Shown here piece after piece: positions 13,742-27,812 of a DNA stretch of 64,000 nucleotides. Both the position numbers and the translations under genes were made by a program. Numbering within the stretch: position 1 is the stretch's first letter; each line of letters opens with the position of its first letter. The DNA is from the human T2T-CHM13v2.0 reference genome, Homo sapiens, in the NCBI RefSeq assembly GCF_009914755.1, contig NC_060936.1; one strand, 5' to 3'. The notes beneath the pieces are model-generated. The model saw only the letters and a program-made list of their open reading frames with translations. It was not told the DNA's origin and made no database searches.

Positions 13742-13998
13742 TTTTTTTTTTTTTTTTTTGAGTGGTTTTCTTTTTTTTTTTTTTTTTTTTTTTATTATAC
13801 TCTAAGTTTTAGGGTACATGTGCACATTGTGCAGGTTAGTTACATATGTATACATGTGCCATGCTGGTGCGCTGCACCCACTAATGTGTCATCTAGCATT
13901 AGGTATATCTCCCAATGCTATCCCTCCCCCCTCCCCCGACCCCACCACAGTCCCCAGAGTGTGATATTCCCCTTCCTGTGTCCATGTGATCTCATTGT

Positions 13999-17850
<3,852 letters not shown>

Positions 17851-17889
17851 TCATTAGTTGATGCAGTTTCTTCCTAGTCTCGATGGTCT

Positions 17890-18906
17890 TTACATTTTGG
17901 CATGATTTTGCAGCGGCTGGTACCGGTTGTTCCTTTCCATGTTTAGCGCTTCCTTCAGGAGCTCTTTTAGGGCAGGCCTGGTGGTGACAAAATCTCTCAA
18001 CATTTGCTTGTCTATAAAGTATTTTATTTCTCCTTCACTTATGAAGCTTAGTTTGGCTGGATATGAAATTCTGGGTTGAAAATTCTTTTCTTTAAGAATG
18101 TTGAATATTGGCCCCCACTCTCTTCTGGCTTGTAGGGTTTCTGCCGAGAGATCCGCTGTTAGTCTGATGGGCTTTCCTTTGAGGGTAACCCGACCTTTCT
18201 CTCTGGCTGCCCTTAACATTTTTTCCTTCATTTCAACTTTGGTGAATCTGACAATTATGTGTCTTGGAGTTGCTCTTCTCGAGGAGTATCTTTGTGGCGT
18301 TCTCTGTATTTCCTGAATCTGAACGTTGGCCTGCCTTGCTAGATTGGGGAAGTTCTCCTGGATAATATCCTGCAGAGTGTTTTCCAACTTGGTTCCATTC
18401 TCCACATCACTTTCAGGTACACCAATCAGACGTAGATTTGGTCTTTTCACATAGTCCCATATTTCTTGGAGGCTTTGCTCATTTCTTTTTATTCTTTTTT
18501 CTCTAAACTTCCCTTCTCGCTTCATTTCATTCATTTCATCTTCCATTGCTGATACCCTTTCTTCCAGTTGATCGCATCGGCTCCTGAGGCTTCTGCATTC
18601 TTCACGTAGTTCTCGAGCCTTGGTTTTCAGCTCCATCAGCTCCTTTAAGCACTTCTCTGTATTGGTTATTCTAGTTATACATTCTTCTAAATTTTTTTCA
18701 AAGTTTTCAACTTCTTTGCCTTTGGTTTGAATGTCCTCCCGTAGCTCAGAGTAATTTGATCGTCTGAAGCCTTCTTCTCTCAGCTCGTCAAAATCATTCT
18801 CCATCCAGCTTTGTTCTGTTGCTGGTGAGGAACTGCGTTCCTTTGGAGGAGGAGAGGCGCTCTGCGTTTTAGAGTTTCCAGTTTTTCTGTTCTGTTTTTT
18901 CCCCAT
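17890..18906 (-). CDS. ORF1: LINE-1 ORF1p (coiled-coil/RRM/CTD RNA-binding chaperone), intact 338 aa
   Basis: MGKKQNRK...NHAKM at canonical length; REKG, ARR and YPAKLS motifs intact. Confidence 0.98.
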   Translation of the reverse strand: MGKKQNRKTGNSKTQSASPPPKERSSSPATEQSWMENDFDELREEGFRRSNYSELREDIQTKGKEVENFEKNLEECITRITNTEKCLKELMELKTKARELREECRSLRSRCDQLEERVSAMEDEMNEMKREGKFREKRIKRNEQSLQEIWDYVKRPNLRLIGVPESDVENGTKLENTLQDIIQENFPNLARQANVQIQEIQRTPQRYSSRRATPRHIIVRFTKVEMKEKMLRAAREKGRVTLKGKPIRLTADLSAETLQARREWGPIFNILKEKNFQPRISYPAKLSFISEGEIKYFIDKQMLRDFVTTRPALKELLKEALNMERNNRYQPLQNHAKM

Positions 18907-19808
18907 CTTTGTGGTTTTATCTACTTTTGGTCTTTGATGATGGTGATGTACAGATGGGTTTTCGGTGTAGATGTCCTTTCTGGTTGTTAGTTTTCCTTCT
19001 AACAGACAGGACCCTCAGCTGCAGGTCTGTTGGAATACCCTGCCGTGTGAGGTGTCAGTGTGCCCCTGCTGGGGGGTGCCTCCCAGTTAGGCTGCTCGGG
19101 GGTCAGGAGTCAGGGACCCACTTGAGGAGGCAGTCTGCCCGTTCTCAGATCTCCAGCTGCGTGCTGGGAGAACCACTGCTCTCTTCAAAGCTGTCAGACA
19201 GGGACACTTAAGTCTGCAGAGGTTACTGCTGTCTTTTTGTTTGTCTGTGCCCTGCCCCCAGAGGTGGAGCCTACAGAGGCAGGCAGGCCTCCTTGAGCTG
19301 TGGTGGGCTCCACCCAGTTCGAGCTTCCAGGCTGCTTTGTTTACCTAAGCAAGCCTGGGCAATGGCGGGCGCCCCTCCCCCAGCCTCGTTGCCGCCTTGC
19401 AGTTTGATCTCAGACTGCTGTGCTAGCAATCAGCGAGATTCCGTGGGCGTAGGACCCTCCGAGCCAGGTGTGGGATATAGTCTCGTGGTGCGCCGTTTCT
19501 TAAGCCGGTCTGAAAAGCGCAATATTCGGGTGGGAGTGACCCAATTTTCCAGGTGCGTCCGTCACCCCTTTCTTTGACTCGGAAAGGGAACTCCCTGACC
19601 CCTTGCGCTTCCCAGGTGAGGCAATGCCTCGCCCTGCTTCGGCTCGCGCACGGTGCGCACACACACTGGCCTGCGCCCACTGTCTGGCACTCCCTAGTGA
19701 GATGAACCCGGTACCTCAGATGGAAATGCAGAAATCACCGTCTTCTGCGTCGCTCACGCTGGGAGCTGTAGACCGGAGCTGTTCCTATTCGGCCATCTTG
19801 GCTCCTCC
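18907..19808 (-). promoter_or_regulatory. L1HS 5'UTR: CpG-rich internal sense promoter plus antisense promoter
   Basis: ~900 nt and CpG-dense. YY1 site CAAGATGGCCG intact (19790-19800); RUNX3 region TGCATTTCCATCTGAGGTA intact; lacks the ZNF93-bound segment of older L1PAs. Confidence 0.92.
19362..19577 (+). CDS. ORF0: LINE-1 ORF0 (71 aa, antisense ORF in the 5'UTR)
   Basis: ATG at 19362; MAGAPPPASLPPCSLISDCCASNQRDSVGVGPSEPG...RHPFL, 71 aa. Splice donors CAG|GTGTGG (19468) and CAG|GTGCGT (19553). Confidence 0.9.
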   Translation: MAGAPPPASLPPCSLISDCCASNQRDSVGVGPSEPGVGYSLVVRRFLSRSEKRNIRVGVTQFSRCVRHPFL

Positions 19809-19821
19809 GCAAGAACTTTTC

Positions 19822-20023
19822 CCGGGCTCCTTTTTAACAACCAGCTCTTATGGAAACTAATAGAGTGAGAACTCACTCACCCCCAAATCCCCACGGACAT
19901 GGCATTAATCTATTCATGAAGTATCCACCCCCATGACCCAAACACATCCCGCTAGACCATACCTCCACATTGGGATCAAATTTCAACGTGAGGTTTGGGT
20001 AGACAAACATCCAAACCATAGCA
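19822..20023 (-). mobile_element. MST (MSTD-like) LTR, right part
   Basis: AACAACCAGCTCT...AACTAATAGAGTGAGAACTCACTCAC...GGGATCAAATTTCAAC...CAAACCATAGCA terminus. Confidence 0.8.
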
Positions 20024-21159
20024 TCACCTTTGCATGTAATATCAATGATGCTTTATACTGATCGGGCACTTACTATGTGCTAATGTGCCAGGCACTGTTG
20101 TCAGTGATTCATATGTTTTAACTTGTTTAATCCTCACAATGCCACCTTGAGTTAACTACTATTATGAATCCCATTTTATAGATGGGAAACTCTTTATGGG
20201 ATATAGTTGGGATGCACAGAGAGGTTAAGTCATTTATCCTGTGATTAACACAAAGGGTGAGGAACGGAATCATGGTTTGAACTCCGGTACACATTCTTTT
20301 ACCTACGACATAAATAGAACACTGCAATTTTCCACTGAGCACAGCTCCTGGTGAATAGTGAGGTTGTTTATTTCAGGGACTTTTTATTTCTTTTAACTTT
20401 TCTGCTCTTGAATTGTCCACAAAATGACTTGTTTTAAGGAAGATCTGAGTTTAAAGATATTGTCAAAGATAAAAATGTGTCCTCTGTTTTTTTCTAAATA
20501 TTTTCTAAAACTTGGCAAATAATTGAATATAAATCTACTTATATTAGGAATTAAGGGACATACAAAGGAATATCAGAAATGAAAACCTGCAATGCATTTT
20601 TAGCTAAAAAAAAAAAATGCACCAATAGAGGCAAAGAGGAGAGATAACGCCTCTGATTAAGTCATGTTGTTCCCTAAATATGGAGGGGATTTGATAATTT
20701 AATGGCTTTTCACTGATGTATATCACTCAGAGAATATGAATGCTCAGAAGGTATTCCTGGCTCTAGGAACTGGAAGAAATATAAATCAGAGTAAGCTAAG
20801 AACACCACAGGAGTATAAAGCAAAGGAAACATTCAGATTACACAGCACACTCATTAAACAAAAGAAAGTCTCTCTTCTACTTCTATTGTCAAGTGGACAG
20901 ACAGCTAGCAGAAAATGATCATTTCTATTCATATCCTTTATTCATTCTTTCCTAATTACATCTTCCAAACTGCTGTTTGGATTTAATTTGCAATTGAAAT
21001 AGCACTACCACTTATGGACAAAGCTACAATGGTAAGAAAATAACACAGATTCCAACAGCCCTCTTAATTTTCATTTCTTTACCTCCCTGAAGGATTGTCT
21101 TAACTTTCTTGAAGACCGCCTCTCCCAAATAAATATGTTAAGTAACAAAGTGTCTTTAT

Positions 21160-23715
21160 CAAAGCCGATGTGCAGAAGGGTATTTCCTAGGTTTTCTTCT
21201 AGGATTTTTATAGTTTGAGGTCTTACATTTAAATATTTAGTATATCTTGAGTTAATTTTTGTATATGGTGAAAGGTATGGGTCCAGTTTTATTTTTCTGC
21301 ATATGCCTAGCCAATTATCCTAGCACTATTTATTGAATAAGGAGTCCTTTCCTCATTGCTTATTTTTTTTGACTTGGTTGAAGGTCAAATGGCTGTAGGC
21401 ATTCCACTTTATTTCTGGGTTATTTATTTTGTTCCATTGGCCTACGTGTCTATTTTTGTACCTGTACCATGCTGTTTTGGTTATTTTAGCCTTATAGTAT
21501 AGTCTGAAATTGGGTGATTTGATGCTTACAGCTTTGTTACTTTTGTTTAGGATGCTTTCGCTATTCTGGGTTTTTCAGTTCCATGTGAATTTTAAAACAG
21601 TTTTTTCTAATTCTATGAAAAATGGCATTGATATTTTGATAGAAATAGCATTGAATCTGTAAATTGCTTTGGGAAGTATGTCCATTTAAATGATGTTGAT
21701 TTTTCCAATCCATGAGTATATTTTTCCATTTATTTGTGTCATGTCTGCTTTCTTTCAAGAGTATTTTGTAGTTCTTCTTGCAGAGATCTTTCACCTCCTT
21801 GGTTAGATAAATACCTAGGTACTTCATTTTTTGTGGCTATTTTAAATGTGATTGTGTTCTTGATTTGGCTCTCATCTAGAACACTATTGGTGTATAGAAA
21901 TGCCACCGATTTTTGTATGTTGATTTCGTATCTTGAAACGTTATTGAATTTACTTATCATTTGTAGGAGCCTTTTGGGAGAGACTTTAGGGTTTTCTAGG
22001 TATAGAATCATATCATCAATGAAGAGGGATAGTTTTACTTCTTCTTTTCCTATTTGGATGAATTTTATTTATTTATCTTGCCTGATTGCTCTGGCTAGGA
22101 CTTCCAGTACTGTGTTGAACAGGAGTGGTGAGAGTGGGCATCCTTGTCTCATTTCAGTTCCCAAGTGGATGGTTATAGTTTTTGTCTGTTCTGTATGATA
22201 TTTGCTGTAGGTTTGTCATAGATGGTACTTATTATTTTAATGTATGTTCCTTTGATGCCTACTCTGTTAAGGGTTTTTATCATGATGAGGTGTTGGATTT
22301 TATTAAAGTCTTTTTCTGCATGTATTAACATGATCATTTGATTTTTGTTTTTTATTCTGCTTGTGCCATGATTCACATTTATTGATTTGTGTATGTCGAA
22401 TAAACCTTACATCCCAGGGGTAAAGCCTACTTTATTGTGGTGAATTAACTTTTTGATGTGTTCCTGGATTTGGTTTGCTGGCATTTTGTTGAAGATTTTT
22501 GCATCTATGTTCATCAGGGATATTAGCTTGAATTTTTCTTCTTTTTGTTGTTGTGTCTCTGCCAGAATAAGTTAAGGAGGAGCCCCTTCTTGATTTTTTG
22601 GAATAGTTTAAGAATTTATGGCAAAGTAAGTTGCATAAAGCTATTGCAAAAAAAAAAAAAAAAAACAAAAATTGCAACAAAATAAAAATTAACAAGCGGG
22701 ACCTAATTCATCTAAAGAGGTTCTGCACAGCAAAAGAAATTATCAACAGACTAAACAGACAACCTACAGAATGGGAGAAAATATTTGAAAACTATGCACT
22801 TGACAAAGGTCTGATATCCGGAATCTATAAGGAACTTAAACAAATTAACAAGCAAAAAACAAATAATCAAATTTTAAAAGTGGGCAACAGACATGAATAA
22901 ACACTTCTCAAAAGAAGACATTCAAGTGGTCAAAAAATATATGAAAAAAATGCTCATCATCACTAATCATCAGAGAAAGGCAAATCAAATCCACAATGAA
23001 AGAACATCTCACAGCTGTCAGAATGGTGATTTTTAGAAAGTTAAACAAATAACATATGTTTGCCAGGCTACAGAGAAAAGGGAATGCTTACACACTGTTG
23101 GTAAGAATGCAAATTACTTCAGCCACTGTAGAAAGCAGTGTCAAGATTTCTCAAAGAACCTAAAACAGAACTACCATTCAACCCAGCAGTCCCATTACTG
23201 GGTGTATACCAAAAAGACATGTGCATTTGGATGTTTACTTCTGCACTATTTACAATAGCAAAGACCTGGAGTCAACTTACATGCCCATCAACAGTGGATC
23301 TGATAAAGAAAATGTGGTATGTGTGCACAGTGGAACTCTAGGAAGCCATTAAAAAGAATAAAATCATGTCATTTGCAGCAACATGGAAGCTGCCTGAAGG
23401 CCATTATCCTAAATGAATTAATGCAGGAACAGACAACCAAATACCACATGATCTCACTTATAAGTGGGAGCTAAACATTGAGTACACATGGACATAAAGA
23501 TGGGAACAATAGGCACTGGGGACTATTAGAGGGGAGAGGGAAAGAGGGACATGTGGGCTGAAAAACTACCTGTGGGATACTCTGCTCAATACCCGGGTGA
23601 TGGGATTATCCATACACCAAACCTCAGCAACATGCAATTTACACATGTAATGAACCTTCACATATACCTCCTGAATCCAAAATGAAAGTTGAAAAGAAAA
23701 AAACAAAACAAAACT
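21160..23715 (+). mobile_element. 5'-inverted (twin-primed) old L1, L1PA16/17-like; minus-strand segment ~21160-22609, plus-strand 3' segment ~22610-23715
   Basis: Decayed ORF2 fragments on - (21561-22376), then on + (22631-23341), then old-type 3'UTR and A-tail. TSD AAGTGTCTTTAT / AAGAGTCTTTAT (21148-21159 / 23716-23727). Confidence 0.88.
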
Positions 23716-24760
23716 AAGAGTCTTTATGTTACTGATCACTTCTCAAGCCAAGTTTTCCAAATCTCACATGATTTTTATCACATTTTTTAAATTAAAGCAT
23801 TGGTCCCAAAGTACTGTCCAATAAAGTCAACTTGTGGTGCTCTGGCCTGCCGACAGCCATTGTTATTAACCAAGGCTTTCAACCTTATAATTTCCCGATA
23901 AATATGTTACCAAGCACAGAATGACAAATAAATCAAATAGTGTCCATTATATTTAGAGTGCATCATTGAATGAATATGTGAGTTGCAGTCCTGATTTATT
24001 TTCTTGTGAATATAATTGTGCAAAAACATGTTAGTTATCCATTTTCCGAGCTTTCCCTTTGTCTGAAAACCAACTTGTTTGGCCTGTACATTTTTCCTAC
24101 TCGTTATTGAAAGCCTGGTGAGGTTCTAATACTAATGCTAAGAAAATCTGCAGATTTGCTGGCTGTGGTTCCCCAGTTATTTTGCCGTAGCTAATACTGG
24201 GGCCGAAACAACTGTTCTCTCCTATACTGGGTCTGTAGCAGAGAGTATTGACTGTGTAAACAAGATAGTGGAAGCAAGGCAGCAAATTTAAAACACTATT
24301 ACAAGGTCTGACATAAGGTGAGCCATGAATAAATGTCAATAGTTATTATGATTACACATTGTTTTTGTTTGGATGTATTTTATTTGTAAAGGATTGGCAG
24401 GAAAAAATAAAACCATAGACTATGGTGTCAGGAGATGATGGTTTGCCACTTTGATGCTTGATGTTATTGAACCACTTACCATCTCTGGCTTCAGTTTACT
24501 CTTCTGGTTCAAGTAACTCACACGAGTAAATTCTCATGAGCCCTAGGTACTTCAAGGAGGATTCCTCTCACAGTGTATAAATATATGCTATTATATAATT
24601 GCAAAGAGAGACCATTACAATTTTCCATCATCATCCTATGATCAGAGAGCACCCAACACTATTCTACCTTCTATAGCAAATATTAGGACCATATTATATA
24701 CTCAGAGACATTCAATCCAAATGAACATGTGTCTAATCTTTTATTAAGAATTACTTGTTA

Positions 24761-25137
<377 letters not shown>

Positions 25138-26617
25138 TCATAATTGGAGGGAATGGAGACTTAAATTTTTTTAATAACTTGCAGGTGTTTGACAATCTCC
25201 TAGAATATCTTCTAGGTTGGTTATTTTATGTAAAGGTCATGGTAATCCTCTATGGTAAATAATATCTCAATTTTATGGACAGAGAGATTAAGGCTCAAAG
25301 AGGTTTAGTGTCTAATGGAAACAGATGTTGAGTTTGAGTTTGCCTTACTCCAGGATATGTGTTCTGTCAGGTGTGCACTGCCAGCCATGATATTTCCTAC
25401 AAAATTTATAAAAGACTTAATAGATCTCAAGATTCTTAACTGGAGCTGGGAAGAAGGGCGCTTTGTAGTGTGTAGATGTTGGGAGGCACAGCGATTTGAC
25501 TGAACAACAGTTTTACAATGATGGCTGAGGAATTGTGATACACATGCAAGTTGAAGGAGAAAGCACTAGGAGATTTTGGTTCTCTACAAAAAAACAGTGG
25601 AGAAGTGTAAACACTTACATGTTGGTCCACACCAACACATTAGAGCTATTCTCTTTAAAGAGCAATTACATTTTGCCTGTTTTGTTGAAAGTGAAGCACA
25701 TGGACAAAAACCCAGATACAGGCCTTACTTGTTGAAGAAGATATCCCTTCAGGTTGATGAGACAGGAATCTACGTGTGTTCTGCATTGTTCACTAGTCCA
25801 CTGAAAAATCGGTGATTTGCACCAATCTATATGACTTTGGTGACGAAACCCTGTTAGACACACAGAGCCTGCAAATTACAGAAAAGCAAACATCTACTCT
25901 AATCGAATAATGTGCTATTTAAAGTTAAATCAATAGGCCTACATTTCTAGTCTGAATAAAACATGAAACCTTAATAGAGTTATATCAGAAAGTCAGGTCT
26001 AATGGGCCCTGTAGTTCCAAGATCTAACTGTAAAGATGAAGCTGTAACAATTACAAGAATAAGAACAAAATAAAAGGAAGAAGGAAATGCACTTGACATT
26101 TGCTTCAGTATAGGCAATGTGCAAATAAAAATCAATTTACTTCAAGTAAACCTTCCTCTTTTGTAGTATAGATGCTGTGTGGTGTCAACATTTATTTCTT
26201 TCAATATTTATTCGCCTCAAGGAGAAGAGCAGAGTATTCAGCCTCAGGGTATGGCCTTCACAATTAGACATAAAAGTGAATTAATCCAGTTTTCTCATAA
26301 TAAGTGGCAAGGTCAATCTAAGTCTGCTCTCAAAAGAAATGGGCAAAAAGGAATATATTCACTCTCAAAGCAAATTGCAAAAGATTGAGACCTTCATGGT
26401 GAGAGTGACAAGAAAAGGATCTATGTCAGGAGAGGTCACTTCTGTTTTTGCATTTTTTAATGAGTTTCATTTCTCCAGAGGAACTTCTCCATTAGGCAAG
26501 GATCAAAGCCAAGTGCAGACCTAGGTTTATATTTGTATAGCCTTACAACAAAAGAAGAAAATAATTTTTTCTTACCAGCATCAGTTCAAAACTTCTTAGG
26601 ACAGAGAATTGGCTCAG

Positions 26618-26992
26618 TGTATTAGTCCATTCTTACCCTGATAAGAAGAACTGACTGAGACTGGGTAATTTATAAAGGAAATAGGTTTAATTGACTCACA
26701 GTTCTGCATGGCTGGGGAGGCCTCAGGAAACTTACCATCACGGCAGAAAGGGAAGCAAACATGTCCTTCACATGGTGGCAGGAGAGAGAAGAATGAGAGC
26801 TGAGCGAAGGGGGAAGCCTCTTACAAAACTATCAGATCTTGTGAGAACTTACTCACTATCATGAGAATAGCACGGGGGAAACCACCCCCATGATTCAGTT
26901 ACCTCCCACTGGGTCTCCTCCATGACACATGGGGATTACGGGAACTACAATTCAAGATGAAATTTGGGTGGGGACAGAGCCAAACCTTATCA
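26618..26992 (-). mobile_element. THE1D-like solo LTR
   Basis: TGTATTAGTC...CAAACCTTATCA; perfect 5-bp TSD CTCAG. Confidence 0.9.
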
Positions 26993-27258
26993 CTCAGCCT
27001 CAGTTGCCAACCCTGGCCTAATGGCTACAGAGGGCAAAGGGGGCTGTACTGAAGCCGTTGGCGTGTTCTGTTGGGTCCTGTGCCCACTCCTGTGTATAAC
27101 CATCCCTGACTAGAAGTAAACAAGAGGATTGCCATGCAGTCACAAGAAAAAAAAAAAAAAGAGATCAGTTCTGCAAAGGCTTTTGGTTCAGGAAAGCAAG
27201 GTAAAGACTAAATTGTTTCCAAACTTATCCATTGAGTCTGGGATATCTTAAAAAACAG

Positions 27259-27292
<34 letters not shown>

Positions 27293-27709
27293 TATACTTA
27301 GGCCTTCTTTCAGAATTTAGGTGTGAAAGAAAAGAAAATTAGCACAGGTTGTTACTAAACTCTATTTTGGTGACTTGGGCAAGGGTTGAGCTTGTCGTTG
27401 ATGTTTATATAAGAGTGAATCAGCTAGTTAACAAACAACCAAAAAAAGATAGGAAATGGGTGAAGATGTGAGTTTGGAAGTACACATAGAAGCTAAATTG
27501 TGACGGTCACTCTAGCTAAGCCAAGGCGTTTGGACTGTAGCCTATAGTCACTAAAAAAACTACTGGAGGATTTTAATTAGGAGAGAATTTTAAGAGAATT
27601 CTTGAAAATAAATGAAATTTTTGGCAGGATGTGGATTAGCAAGGTGATAATTATTTTAGAAGGTGCTGAGATCAGCTTCTTAAAAAATTCCAATACTTGG
27701 GTGATTGCC

Positions 27710-27741
27710 TGTATATATGTATGTATATATGTATATATATA

Positions 27742-27775
<34 letters not shown>

Positions 27776-27812
27776 CACACACACACATATATATACATAT
27801 ATATACATATTT
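27710..27812. repeat. Compound (TA)n(TG)n(TA)n(CA)n quasi-palindromic microsatellite
   Basis: ~100 bp of alternating purine-pyrimidine; TG and CA blocks mirror each other around a TA core. Confidence 0.9.

Noticed and set aside
27257-27306. T28 tract flanked by AGGCCTT repeats around the palindrome AAGTATACTT, a possible solo poly(A) retro-insertion
   Set aside because: The putative TSD is only 7 bp, there is no good TTTT/AA site and the body is not L1- or Alu-like; chance cannot be excluded.
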